Shown here piece after piece: positions 1 to 12,731 of a DNA stretch of 64,000 nt. Where the stretch lies: contig CM026547.1 of assembly GCA_014905635.1 (NCBI GenBank), forward strand, positions 2,604,001 to 2,668,000, given 5' to 3'. This DNA is from Scenedesmus sp. PABB004. Taxonomy: Eukaryota. The notes under the pieces are model-generated. The model was not told the origin of the DNA and made no database searches. It saw nothing but the letters and a program-made list of their open reading frames with translations. Made by a program: the position numbers and the translations under genes. How positions within the stretch are numbered: the stretch's first letter is position 1; each line of letters starts with the position of its first letter.

Positions 1-615
1 GCCGGCCGCGCGGCCGGCGCGCACCGTCGCCGCGCGCGCCAAACACGGTCTTGACGTTGGCCATCTCTGGCAGGCGCGGGAGGGCGTAGTCACCGTACGA
101 CATGCCCGCGAACGACCAGTCGGCCAGGCGGCTGCTCGGCCGCACCCACAGCTCGCCGGCGCAGCCAAAGAGTGGTGACGGCGCTGGCGCGGCGGCAGGG
201 GGAGCGGGAGCGGGGGCGGGGGTGAGCCGCCTCGGCGGCGGCCTGGCGGCGGCCTGGCGGTGCGTGCGGCGGCGGGCCGGCCGGTGACGCCGGCGGCGCT
301 CACTCGGCGCGCCCGGCGGGCAGGGCGGACAGCCGGGCCACGCGCCCGCGACCGTGCAGCACTTGGCGCCGCCGGCGGCGGGGTCGCAGCCGTAGGCCGC
401 TGCGGCGCGGCGCGGCGCACGGCGTGAGGTCGTGCCGCAGCCGGGGGCCGGCGGCGCCCTGCGCCGGCAGCGCGCTCACGTGCGCTCTGAGCGCTGCACA
501 CGCCCGCGCTGCCGTCGCACGTCGCCTGGCCCGCTGCGCGGCCCGCCGCCGCCAGCAACACCACCAGCGCTGCCAGGGGCCCTGCTGCCGCACCGGCCGG
601 TCGGTGGCGGCGCAT
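1..615 (-). CDS. Secreted Cys-rich protein with pectate-lyase-3/beta-helix-like N-terminal motif (5' part; runs off window start)
   Basis: ATG at 615; signal-peptide-like MRRHRPAGAAAGPLAALVVLLAAAG; spliced GT-AG exons give a Cys-rich segment, then SPLFGCAGELW...DWSFAGMSYGDYALP...NVKTVFGARGDG (VKxFGAxGDG-type motif). Confidence 0.65.
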   Translation of the reverse strand, partial: MRRHRPAGAAAGPLAALVVLLAAAGRAAGQATCDGSAGVCSAQSARERAAGAGRRRPPAAARPHAVRRAAPQRPTAATPPPAAPSAARSRARGPAVRPARRARRVSAAGVTGRPAAARTARPPPGRRRGGSPPPPLPLPLPPRQRRHHSLAAPASCGCGRAAAWPTGRSRACRTVTTPSRACQRWPTSRPCLARAATVRAGRAAG

Positions 616-1097
616 GGCTGCGGGCGGCAGGCTCGCGCCGGTCGCGCGCGGGCGTGGACTCGCAGTCAACGCCGCGTCGGGCGAGGTGCGCGGGCTGCGG
701 GAAGCTGCCGGTGTGGCCCAGAACGGTGAACTCAGGCGGCAGCGCAGCCCCTGGGCGGGATGCGGGTCGGTTGCGACGCCGCCGGTGGGCGACGAACTGC
801 CGTCAGGGCAGGGCTCCGCCGGCGGTTGAGGGTGGCCCGGCGCCTGCGGCCCGGCACAGGCGCCGTCGATCGCTGCCGCTCGGGCGTAGCAGACCGGGCG
901 TAGCAGGCCGGACGGGGAGGAGGTGCTCAAACACTGCGCGCCAGCTGTCTCCCTGCCCAGGCCGCGCCCGCTGGCGCCCGGCGAGGAGCGAGCTGATCCA
1001 GAGGTCTCGGCACCGCCACGCCCGCGGCCAGCTGAACGGCAGCCCGCCCGCAGCAGCAGCAGCAGCAGGCAGCTCTGCACACGCGGCTGGGGCAGCC

Positions 1098-4028
1098 ATG
1101 GCGCCCTCGCGACCGCCCGACGACCTGAGCGCCCAGGAGGAGGCGGCGCTGCACGCCAGCCTGTGCCTGCTCGACGCCGCGGGCAGCGAGGGCGGCAAGG
1201 GGCTGGACTGGGGGCGCGGCGTGTTCCGCAAGCCCAACCCCCGCGCCCTGGAGGCCCTGCTCTTCCACTGCTGCGCCGTAGTGAAGGGCAAGGCCGCCGC
1301 CAAGAAGGTGCGGCCGCGTCGGCGCCGGCCAGCGCGCAGCGCGCGGCGGCGGCGCTGGGTGCGCGCTCCCACCGCCCGACCCTACGCGCGCGCAGCACTT
1401 CAAGGGCTGCTGGCCGCTGCTGGACAAGGACCGCAAGCAGGCCAAGGACTTTTACCAGGTGCGCCGCCGCGACAGGGCTGCCGCCACGCCGCCGCGCGGC
1501 GCCGCTCACGGCGGCCGCGGCCGCTCGGCGCCGCTGTCGCAGAAAGCCCAGGACTGGCTCAAGGAGGCGGGGCAGCTGGACGCGCACGGCCACTCGCTGG
1601 CGCCCTTCCAGCGCAACCCGTCGGGGCCCAAGTGAGACCCCTGCAGAGCGCGGGCGCGGCCGCCCGTCCCCAGCCGCGCCCGGGCTCACGCAGAGAGGCG
1701 CCCCGCGCCGCGCCGCAGGCTCGTCTCCTTCCTGTGTGACCTCACGTTCTGGGCCCTCGGCGTGCAGCACGAGCGCATGTACCCGGACGACGCGCCGCCG
1801 GGCCGCGACGTCGGGGACGACGCCGCGCTGCTTGCAGCGCTGGCGGAGCCGCTGGTCACCGCGGCGCGGGCTCAGAACCAGCGCCAGGTGCAGCGCCTGC
1901 TGGCGGCGTGCCAGGCGGGCGCGCAGGTGCAGGCGCAGGCGGAGGCGGCCGCCGCACAGCTGCGGGACATGTACTACGCCCTCACCGCGCAGCTCAAGGA
2001 CGCACGCGCCTCGGCGGTGAGCGCAGCGCAGCCCGGCGCAGCGCGGCGCAGGGCTGAGGCGGCGCCTGCGGCGGCGCCGCGCGCGCGCCCCTGACACACC
2101 GCCGCCGCTGCCCGCCACGCCCGCGCGGCGCTCCCGCTGCTGCCCGCAGGACGGCAGCCTGTCGCCGGAGCAGCTCTTCAGCCTGCTGGAGGGCAGCCTC
2201 ACGCCCGCGCAGGGCGGCTTCGGCAGCCTGCCGCCGCTGCCGGAGCTGCCGGGCGAGCTGCGCGGCCTGCTGGCGGAGGCGCAGCAGCTGTGGGCCATGC
2301 TGGAGGCGCACGTGCGGGAGTTTGCGGGCCTGGCGGGCCTCGTGGACGCGCTCGCGGGCACCGACACCCACCCGCACGCCATCGACGGCGCGCAGCTGCG
2401 CGAGCTGGGGCAGCTGCCCGGCACGCCGGCGTCGGCAGGTGCGTCCCCGACCAGCTGGCGGCGCGGCCGCAGCGCTGCGACTGCGGCCGCCCGCCTGAGC
2501 GCCGCGCCGCGCCTGCCGCCGCGTCGCAGGGCTGGACATCGCGGCGATGCTGGAGGCCTGGCTCACCGACGTGGCCGAGGCGTGCCGCTACGTGCGGCAG
2601 CTCGCGGGCCAGGACACGGGCGCGCCGCCGCCGCCGCACGCGACCTGGGGCTCCTGCGGAGGCACGGGCGCGAGCGGCGGCGGCGCGCCCAGCAGCGTCA
2701 CGCCGCTCGTGGCCACCAGCGACGCCGCGAGCCACGCGCCGCACCTGTTCGCCCAGCTCGGGCTGCACACCAACTGCCTGGACCACATGCGCGGCATGCG
2801 CACCGCGCTGGGCCTGCAGATGGCCGCCGTGGGTGCGTTGGCGCCGCCGCGGCTCGCCGCGCGCCGCCGGCCGACGCCGCCGCGGGCGCCGCGCGGCGTG
2901 TGCCGCCGCTCACGCGCGCGCCTGCTGCGCGCCCGCGGCCGTGCAGCGGAGCGCATCAAGGTGCTGGAGCAGGAGCTGTTTGGCATCATGGCGGACGAGG
3001 AGCGGTGCTGCCTGGAAGCCGTGGCCGCCAGCGGGCAGGCGCCACCCGAGCCGCACGCGCCGGTGGGCGGCGCGGGCGGCACCGCCAGCCTGTTCGGGGA
3101 CGGCGCGCTGCAGCTCGTGCCGCCCACGCCCCTGCTGCAGCAGCTGGTGCAGAAGCACCGCGGCGCGCGCCAGCCGGAGCAGCCGCCGGCTGTGCAGCCG
3201 CCGCCGCCGCCGTTCGGCGCCGCCGCTGCGCCGCGCTCGCGCAGCGCGAGCCCGCCGCTGCCGCCCGCGGCGGCGGAGGGCTGCGTCGACTCGCCGCGCC
3301 AGCACGCACGCGCGGGCGGCAGCCCCGCCGCCGCCAGTCCGGGCGGCAGCAGCGTGAGCAGCGCGGCCATGCCCGCCTGCGAGCTGCTGATGAGCAAGGA
3401 GGTGATGGACCTGGACCTGGTGGACCTGGACGACGACGACGACGACCACCCCGGCGGCGCGGCGCACCTCGGCGGCGCCGGCCTCGCGCTCGGTTCCAGC
3501 AGCCCCATGCGCCGCGGCGGCGGCGCCGCCGGCGGCGGCGCGCCGCGGCTCAGCCTCGCGCTGCTGCAGGGGTCCCTCGGCGACGGCGAGCCGGCGTTCA
3601 GCCTGTCGGGGCTGGGCGGCGCGGGCGGCTGCGGCGACACGCCGCCGCAGGTGGGCGCCGGCGCCGGCGTGGCGTCGCAGGCGGCCGACGAGGGCGCCGC
3701 CGAGGCGGCCGATGAGGCGGCGGAGGCCGGCGAGCAGGGCAGCCCGGCGGGGGGCGCCGAGGCGCTGGCCGACCCGCTCGCGCCGCTCAGCCTGTCGGGG
3801 AGCGAGCGCCTGAGCTCGGCGCGGCCGCGCCGCCTCACCTTTGCGGCGGCCGTGAGCGCCGACAGCGCCAGCCTCAGCCTCGCGGGCGGCGGCAGCCCGC
3901 CCTCGCCCGGCAGCAGCGAGGTCAGCAGCTGCGCAGGCGGCGCGCCCGCGGCAGCCGACGCGGCCGCGGCGGGGGCCGGGTCGCAGCTGTCGCTCCTGCG
4001 CCAGCGCTTTGCCAGCGTCATGAAGTGA
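1098..4028 (+). CDS. HAUS6: HAUS augmin-like complex subunit 6 homolog (about 7 exons)
   Basis: Spliced N-terminus FRKPNPRALEALLF...FKGCWPLLDKDRKQAKDF...PSGPKLVSFLCDL resembles the HAUS6/AUG6 N-domain; long low-complexity C-terminus ending RQRFASVMK*. Confidence 0.7.
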
Positions 4029-4392
4029 CGGCGTGCGGCGCGGGGCGGTGGGCAGCAGCGAGTGAAACTCCCGCGCGAAAACCCTGGACCCCGAACTGCG
4101 CGCGCCGCCGGCCCACGCCGTCCCCGCCGCTGCCCTGCGCCGGCGGCGGCCAGTCCAGCGCCCGCCGCAGCAGCAGCTCCGCCCACAGCCCGGCCCGCAG
4201 GCGCACCCGCGCCCGCCCTGCCGCCAACCGCCTCTCCCGCGTCGTCCGCTGCGGGTGCTGCTCCCGCGCCCCTGGCGGCGTGCAGCACGCGTGGGAGCCC
4301 ACGGACGCGGCGTGGGCGGCGATCTGCGGCATGGCCCGCTAGTTTAGGCCGTCACCAGCTCGCGCGCGTCGCCATCGCCATCGCCCGGACCC

Positions 4393-5702
4393 ATGGCGTC
4401 GCTGGGCGAGCTGGCGGCGCCGCTCCTGGGCGGTGCGGGTCCCGAACTCCCGCCCCCGAGCGGCGTGAAGCCTGCGGTCTCCGGTGCGCGCCGGGCGGGG
4501 CGCTCCCGGCAGCTGCTGCTGCTCCCGCCCGCCCCGGCGCCGCGCGACGCCCCGCGCGCCCCGCCCGCGCAGACTGCAAGCTGCAGGACAAGTGCTTCCT
4601 GGCCGACGGCGCCGCGACGAACTCCGATGGCTACAACACGGTCCGCGGCGCGAGCAGCAGCAGCGCGCGGCGGCTGGCGGCGACCGGGCGCGCCGCGGCC
4701 GGCGGCAGCGCGGCCGCCGGCGGCGGCGGCTCTGAGTGAGGCGCCCTGCGCAGGCGCCCTGCGCAGGCGCTGACGCCGCGCGCGCGCGCGCACCGCACGC
4801 GCCGTGCCGTGCCGCCGCCGCCGCTGCCCGCGCGCTGCAGGTGCAGCGCAAGCTGGTGATCGCGTGCGTGCTCTGCTTCATCTTCATGGGCATCGAGGTC
4901 GCGGGAGGCTACTTCGCCAAGAGGTGCGCGCCCACTGCGGGCGCGCCGCGGGCGCTGCCATCGCGCTGCCATCGCGGCGGGGGCGGCGCCGCGCCCGCGC
5001 CGCCTTTGCTTGCGCCGCGCCCGCCGCGCGACGCGCCGCGCCCGCCGCCGCCGCGCCCGCCGCAGCGTGGCGATCATGTCTGACGCCGCGCACATGCTGA
5101 GCGACGTGAGCGCGTTCCTGGTGAGCATCTTTGCGACCTGGGCCGCGACGCAGCCGAGCACGTGGCACTACTCGTTTGGCTACCACCGCGCCGAGATCCT
5201 CGGCGCGCTCATCTCGGTGCTCACCATCTGGGCCGTCACCGGCGCGCTCGTGTTCGAGGCCTTCCAGCGCACGCTCAACCCCGTGCGCGTCGACGGCAAA
5301 CGTGAGGCCGCGGCGCGGCGGCGGCGGCGGCCGGCAGTGCCGCGCCGCGCCGCGCCGACGCCGACGCCGCGCCGACGCCGCCCCGCACTGCCCCGCGCCG
5401 CGCGCCGCGGGCCTGGTTCACGCAGTGATGTTCATCATCTCTGTCGCGGGCGTGGTGTTCAACATCCTCATCGCCCTCACGCTCGGCGTGCACGCGCACC
5501 TGGGGCACAGCCACGGCCCCGGCGGCGGCTGCGGCGGGCACGACCACGGGCACGGCGGCTGCGGGGGGCACGGCCACGACCACGGCGCTGTCGGGCACAG
5601 CCACGGCCCCGGTGGCGGCTGCGAGGGCAAGGGCCACGCCCACGACCACAGCGAGCACGGCCACGGGGCGGGGGGCCACGCGCACGCAAAGGGTGAGGCG
5701 CG

Positions 5703-5741
<39 letters not shown>

Positions 5742-6860
5742 CGGCTCGGCGTCTGCCGCGGCGCTGCTGACGCAGGGGCCTGTGCGCTGCTCGCCGCCGC
5801 GCCTGCAGGCGGCTGCTGCGGGCACGGCCACGGCCATGACCACGACAGCGACAGCGACGACAGCCACGGCAGCCACGGCAGCCACGGCGGCGCCGAGCAC
5901 GGCCACGGCCACGGCCACGGCCACAGCCACGGCAGCTGCGGCGCGGCGCCGCCTGCGCCCGGCGGCTCCGAGTGCGTGGTCATTGACCTGCCGGACGGCA
6001 CGGGCTGCGGGCAGGCGGGCCACGCGGACACGTGCCGCTGCACGATCCGCAAGACCGGCAGCCGCGAGATCGAGGTGCGCTGCGAGCTGCCGCTCTCTGT
6101 CGACCCCGCCGCGCTCGCGGCGGCGGCGGTCGTCGCGGCGGCGGCGCCGCGCGCCTCGCACGGCGGCGCCGCGCACGGCGGCGGCGGCGGCGGCGACGCG
6201 GGGAGCCTCAACCTGCGCAGCGCGGTGCTTCACGTCATCGGCGACCTGCTGCAGAGTGTGGGCGTCGCGATCGCGGGCGCGCTCATCTGGCTGCACCAGG
6301 ACGACCCGCGCTGGTACCTCGCCGACCCGATCTGCACCTTTGTGTTCAGCATCGTCGTGCTGCTCACCACCAAGTCCATCCTGCGCGACATCGTGCACGT
6401 GCTCATGGAGCGCACGCCGCAGCACATGGACCTGCCCGCCGTCTCACGCGTAAGCGCGCGCGCCGCGCGCCGCGCCCGCGCCGCCGCCCCGCACGCCGTC
6501 GCGCCGCCGGCTCGCGCCGCCGGCTCGCGCCGCCGGCTCGCGCCGCCGGCTCGCGCTCGCCGGCTCACGCCGTGCCGCCGCCTCACGCGGCTCGCGCCGC
6601 CGGCCCGCGCGCGCGCGCCGCAGGTGATGCTGGGCATGGAGGGCATCGCCGACGTGCACGACCTGCACATCTGGAACATCAGCACCAGCATGAAGCCCGT
6701 GCTCACCGCGCACGTCGCGATGCGCCCCGGCGCCGACGCGAGCGCGGTGCTCGCGCAGCTCGAGGCCTACGTGCGGGGGCTGGGCATCGACCACTCGACC
6801 ATCCAGATCTGCCCCTCGCGCGTCGCGGCGGGCGGCGACGACGAGGGCGAGGGCGCGTGA
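4393..6860 (+). CDS. Cation diffusion facilitator, Zn-CDF (MTP1/ZnT-like), 7 exons
   Basis: SDAAHMLSD (HxxxD, TM2), SFGYHRAEILGAL, long His-rich loop, LRSAVLHVIGD (TM5), ADPICT, VHDLHIWNI, HSTIQI. Confidence 0.95.
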
Positions 6861-7580
6861 GGGCGAGGGCGCGTGCGGGCGCGGCTCGGTGTGTGCGGCG
6901 GCGGCGGCACTTGCGCAGCGGCGGCGGCGGCGGCGGCGGCGGCACTTGCGGTGTTCTTCTTTGTCGGCGGCGGCACGGCGATTACGCGCGCGCCCTCCTG
7001 GGGCCGCACTCCCAACAACTCTCAGCAGCTTGTGCATGCATTTTCTGGCCCGGATGCTGTGGGCAGCCTCGACGGGCCCTCCAGGCGGCGGGGCGCCTGG
7101 GTAAGTACCATGCCGCGCGCGCCGCGCGCCAGCCAGGCCAGGCCAGTCGGCTCACAGATGATTGTCCCGGTCAAACGTTGGACGGCGCGCACAGGGCCGC
7201 TGAATCCGGCTCTGTGTAGGGATCAGCAGCAGCGCGGGAGCACAGCTGCAGAGGCACCGCTTCAGAAAATGGAGGCAAACGTGCCAAAGCACCCCGCGCG
7301 ATCCGCTCCCTCAGCCCTCCCCCTACCCCTCCTCACGTCGACGCGCTCCCTACACCGCGCGCAGCACGTGCCAGGCGCGGAGGCCAGCCAGTGCCAGTGC
7401 GCACCCGCCGCCCACACGTCTCCACATCAGCAGTGCGGAGCAACAGCCCCAGGCAGTGCAGCAGCGCCCACACGCCACGGTCGCACGGCTGCAACAGCAC
7501 GCGCGGGGAGGAGGTTGACAAGTTGGCCGCGCGCGCGGCGCCCAGCCTGCGCGCGCTGCACTCCCCCAGGTGCGGCGGCC

Positions 7581-8308
7581 TCACGGCGCCGCCGGCAGCC
7601 CCGCCTGCATCGCCTTGAGCGCCGCGATCGCCGCGCCGACGCTGGGCCGCGCGCCGGGGTCGCGGGACAGGCAGGCCTCCACGAGCGCGCGGAAGGGCTC
7701 CGGCGCGGGCGCCGTGAGCGTGAGCGGGCGCTCGCGCGTGCTGACGGCGTGCAGCACCTGGGAGTGGCTCATCCCGCTGAACGGCAGCCGACCGGTCCAC
7801 ATCTCGTGCAGGACCACGCCAAAGCTGTACACGTCGACCGCGAGCGTCAGGCGGCCCTCGCACAGCAGCTCCGGCGGCATGTGAGTCACCGTGCCTGCGT
7901 GCGCGCGCGCGAGAGAGAGAGAGCGCGTGCGCGCGAGCGGGTCGGCAGGGGCGAGGAGGGGCGCCGCCAGCCGCCCCTCCGGCGCCACGCACCGTAGGTG
8001 CGCGTCTCGATGACGGGCGCCTCAAACGTGAGCAGGCGGCTGAGCCCAAAGTCAGACACCTGCGCGCGGGGCCGCGCGGGGCCGCGCCGGCGCGTGGGCG
8101 GGGGGCTGCTCCCAGCGCGCAGCGCGGGGCGGGCGCGTGGGCGGCGGCGCGCGCGCCTTGGCGGTCCAGCCGCGCGGCGTGTCGGCCGTGGTGAGCAGCA
8201 CGTTGTTCCCCGACAGGTCGCCGTGGCACACGCCCGCCGCGTGCAGGTACTCCAGCGCCGACGCGACCTCCAGCGCGGTGGCCACGATGGCCGCCAGGTC
8301 TGCCCGGC

Positions 8309-8351
<43 letters not shown>

Positions 8352-9128
8352 GTGCGTGAGCTGGGGCGGCGGCACAGGGGCGCGCGGGCGGGCACCGCCG
8401 TGCCGCGGCGCCGCGCGCCGACCTGGCTCAGGGCTGCGGCCCGGGGCCTGGCGGTGGAGCCAGCCCTTGCTCACGGCGTCGCTGACGCTGCCCCGGTTGC
8501 AAAACTCCAGCACGAGCCACGTCTTCATGAGCCGCGGCCGCGTGCTCGCCGCGCCGCCGCCGCCGTCGATGCTGTCGTCGAGCTCCACCGCGAGCGGCCG
8601 TGTCGCGTGCTTGAACGTGCGCACGACGTGGGGGTGGTGGATCTGGTGGCTCAGCAGGCCCTCCAGCAGGCTGCCCGCGCCGTCGCCGGGCGCGACTGCG
8701 TGCTCGATGACCTTAACAGCGACCGGGCGGCCGCCCCAGGTGCCGCGGTAGACGTGGCCAAAGCCCCCCTTGCCCAGGAGGGGCCCGAGCCGCACGTCGC
8801 CAAACGGGTCGTCCGCGCGCGGCACGAGGCTGAACGACGGCAGCCGCCGCGGCCGGCGCGGCGCGGCGCCGCCGGCGCCGCTGCCGCCCGCGGCGCCGCT
8901 GCCCTGGCCGCTGCCGCCGCGCGACGGCGGCGCGAGGGGCTTGAGCGTGACAAAGTAGAAGCTCGCGTGACCGCCGTCCTCGGGGCAGCTGGGCAGGAAG
9001 TTGGGGATGCCGATGGGGACGTGGCCCGCGAGGCCCGTGTTGCCGGCGGAGCGAAACTCGGCCACAAACATCCGGGGGCCCAGGCCAGAGCCCGGGCCGG
9101 CGGCGGCGGCGGCGGCGGCGCGCGCGCG

Positions 9129-9178
<50 letters not shown>

Positions 9179-10832
9179 GCGGCGCCGGCGGCGGCAGCGT
9201 GACCAGCATCTCAAAGTTGCGCTGCTCCGCGACCGCGGCGGCAAAGTCGTCGCCGTGCCCCGCGGGGCTCGACCCCGAGGTGGGCAGCGGCGCCTGCGGC
9301 GCCGGCGGCGCGGCGGCGGCGCGGGGGCCGTGAGCAGGCGGCGGCGCGGCGGCGCGGGGGCCGTGAGCAGGCGGCGGCGCGGCGGCGCGGGGGCCGTGAG
9401 CAGGCGCGCGGCGGCGTCGCGGCGGCGCGCCAGAGCCCTGGCGTGGCGCGGGGTGCGGCGCGCCTGGAAGACGGTCCAGAAGTCGAGGCCGGCCGGGGGC
9501 GGGCGGGGCGCGCCGACGAGCGCCTCCCAGGCCTCGTTGGCAAAGACCACGCGCCAGGGCGCGTCGCGCGCGGGCGGCGTGTCGACGAGCATGATGGCGT
9601 CGGTGAAGCAGTCGAACGCGCGCAGCAGCGTCGCCGCGTCGCGCGGCGCCGGCGCCGCCGCCGCGCACGCGGCGCGCTGCTGCTGCTGCTGCTGCTGCGT
9701 GACGGCGCGCTGCGCCTGCAGCGCGGTGTCGCGCTCGATCTCGCGCACGCACATCTCTGCCATGTTCGCCAGCATCTGGCACGACTCAGCGTCAAACACG
9801 CGCGGCGCGCCGTCGATCACGCACCTGCGCGGCGCGGCCAGCAGTGGGCGCGGCGCCGTGCCGAGCCGGCGCGGGCCGTGGCGCGCCGGCCGCGCCGCGG
9901 CGGCGCGCCGGCGGGCGGCGGGCGCGGCGGCGCTCACAGCGAGCCGAGGCGCATGCCGTTTGAGCAGACGAGGGGGCAGCCGGCGTAGAAGCGGATGTGG
10001 GGCGCGCCGACGACGAGCGGGTTGTCCTGGAAGCGCGCGTCGCGCTGCGCGTCCTCCACGACCAGCGCCTCGGGGTGCGCCGGCAGCAGCGTCCTGCGAG
10101 TTGCCGCGGCGGCGGCGGCCCCGGCGGCGGCGGCGGGGGTCGGCGGCTGCCGCCCGCGCGGGCCGCGCGAGCCAGGGGCGCGGGCGCGGGCGCCGCGGGC
10201 GCCGCCGACGCGCACCAGGCACAGAACGAGGTGTTGCGCGGCGTGCGGTCGACGCCCGCGGGCAGGCCGACCGCGCTCTTGAACCACTGACACTTCTCGT
10301 CGACCAGCGAGACCAGGGCGATGGGGACTCTGAAGACCAGCTGGCAGAGGCGAGTGATCTCGTCGAAGCGCTTCTCGGGATCCTGCGCGCCCGCGGCGCC
10401 GGCGGCGGCGGCGACGGCGCCGGCGGCGGCGGCGGGAGAGTGAGCGCGGCGGCGCGCGCCTCCTGCCGCGCCCGCGCACGCTGCTGCTGTGGCCGCTGCC
10501 GCTGCCGCCGCTGCCGCCGCTGCTCCATCGCGCCCCCATTGGCGCCAGCGCACCGTGTAGAGCACGTCGAGCGAGGCTAGGTGCCCCAGGCGCGATATTT
10601 CGCAGAGCGGCGCCGGCGCGCCCGCGTACTCGCTGCTGCCCTCCGACGCCGTGCTGCTGTGGCTGGGATCATCCTTGCCGGGATCCGGCGGCTGCGGCTT
10701 GCCGGCCGGCTCCAGCGGCGGCACCGCGCCCGGCGGCGCTGCCGGCGCTGCCGCGCCCGGCGGAGCAGCGGCGCCGCCGGCGCCCCCCGGGGCCGTCGCC
10801 GCGGCCTGCGGCTTGGACAGGCAGTCGCCCAT
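7581..10832 (-). CDS. GAF + PAS-like + TKL-type Ser/Thr protein kinase (about 8 exons)
   Basis: MGDCLSK N-terminus; [51 protein letters not shown]-like [15 protein letters not shown]; kinase [36 protein letters not shown]. Confidence 0.9.
9315..9404. repeat. Intronic tandem repeat, about 3 x 33 nt
   Basis: GGGCCGTGAGCAGG recurs at 9325, 9358 and 9391 inside kinase intron 9294..9463. Confidence 0.9.
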
Positions 10833-11230
10833 GCCGCGCGCGCGTCAGAGGGGCATGGCCGCAGAGGCGCGGAGAGACTGCCGGAGCAGCAGCAGCTTTG
10901 CGGCAGCAGCAGCCGGACAGATCTGATCGGCCCGCGGGTGCGCGGTCGTGTGAAAGGGCGGTGCGGTGCGAGCGGCCGGGAGACAAGATGGGGCGGCGCG
11001 CGGGCGGCGGTCCAGCGGTTGCGCTTGTGCAAGCGCACTCGCGCGAGTTGCGCCGCACACCTGCGCCTGCCGGCAGGCCAGGCCCAGCTCCCCCAGCTGC
11101 TGGACCAGCGGCCGCCCACTCACGCCCCGCCGGGGCGGCCCGCCGCCGTCCGTCCGGCCGGCCGCCGCGCCGCGCCGCGCGCGCTGCGCCGTGCATCGGC
11201 CGCCGCGCGCGCGCTCGGTCCCCGCGCCCT

Positions 11231-12731
11231 TCAGGGGAAGCCGTTGAGCAGCGGGATGCACTTGGCGCGCAGCCCGGGCGGCATGTTGGCGTCGAGCGCG
11301 GCGAGGACGTCCTTCCGGCGGTAGCGCGGCGAGAAGTGGATGAGCAGGATTGCCTCGTTGTGGAACTTGTGCGCGTGCATGACCAGGTCGGTGATGTGGA
11401 TGTGCCCGCGCTCGCGCGCCGCCTCCCAGCTCACCGCCTCGTCCACAAACGTGCACTCCACGATCAGCAGCTTCGCGCGGTACATGTCCGCGTTGCCGTC
11501 CGCCTCAAACAGCTCCCCGCTCGTGTCGCCCGTGAACGCGACCTCCGGGATCTGCGCGGCGCGGCGCGGCGCGGCGCGGCGCGCGCGTCGGCCCGGCGCC
11601 GGCGGCGGCGCGCGCGCGCCGGCCCGGCGCTCGCGGCGCGGCGGCGGCGGCGGCGGCGGCGGGCGCGTGCGCGGGCGCGCGCGGGCGCGCCTGGTAGGTG
11701 TCTGTGACCTCCTGCCCCGCCTGGCGCAGCTCCCGTATCTCCTCCTGGCTGCGTCCGACCAGCTCGGCCTTGAGCTTCTTGCGGAACGAGTAGAGCACGT
11801 AGCCCTGGGGGGGGGGTAAAGGGGGTGAAGGGGGGGGGGGTGAGGGTGCGGCAGGTGTCGCACAGCGGCGGGGGCTCGCTGGGCAGGGCGCACGCAGCAC
11901 GCCGCGGCGCGCGCCAGCGAGCGCACGCGCCGGCCGGCCAGCCCCGCGCCAGCCGCGCGCCTGCCCCGCACCTGGCTGGGGATGGGGTGCACCGTGGGGA
12001 AGGGCCGCACGATGTGCCCGCTGTCGAGCTCCAGCTCCGCGCCGTGCGCGAGCGGCAGCACGTCGTACTCGAGCGCGCCGCCGTCCTGCAGCTCGTTGGA
12101 GAGCTCGAGCAGCCGCCGCACGCGGTCCTCGATCGCCGGCGGCACGACGTAGCGCGGCGGCGGCAGGCCCAGCAGGCTGCGGCTGGAGGCGTGGAAGATG
12201 AGCCCGCCCACGTGGTCGAGGTGCCCGTGGCTGATGAGCACCGTCTGCGCCGCGACCGCGGCCTGCGGGCAGCGCCCGATGTCCAGCGCGAGCTTGCAGC
12301 GCGGCAGGATGAGGCACGTCTCCTGCGGCCGTCGACGAGGCAGCGGAGGCGCGGGAGGGGGGCGGGAGGGGCATGAAGCGCTTGGCCGCCGCGGCCGCAG
12401 CGCCCGCCGCGCCCGCCGCGCGGCGCCGCGCCGCCGCGCCTGGCCGCCGATGGACACGCCCGAGATGTCAAAGCCGCACAGGTGCAGCGACGCCGACCGC
12501 GAGTCGGCGGGCGGCTCCGCGGCCGCGTGCTGCTGGCGCGCCTCCGCCGCCATCTCGCGCACCTCGGCCGCCTTCTCTGCTCCCCCGGCGGCGCGCGGGC
12601 GGCGGGCGGCAGCCGGCGCGGTGGGCGGGCGCGCGCCACGCCCGCCGCGCCGTCGCGGTCGCCGCCGGCGCACCCTTGAGCTTGTCGGCCGCGGAAGAGG
12701 CCGCGGCCTTGAGGCTCTGCAGCATGCTCAT
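11231..12731 (-). CDS. TRZ1: Short-form (TM-type, plant TRZ1/TRZ2-like) tRNase Z, 5 exons
   Basis: GVSIGGQETC, ALDIGRCP, SHGHLDH (HxHxDH), HPIPSQGY, KKLK motif, VAFTGDT, ECTF, GHIH, LIHFSPRY. Confidence 0.93.

Noticed and set aside
9315..9404. 33-nt repeats as a CRISPR array
   Set aside because: Head-to-tail with no unique spacers, inside a eukaryotic intron, and no cas genes.
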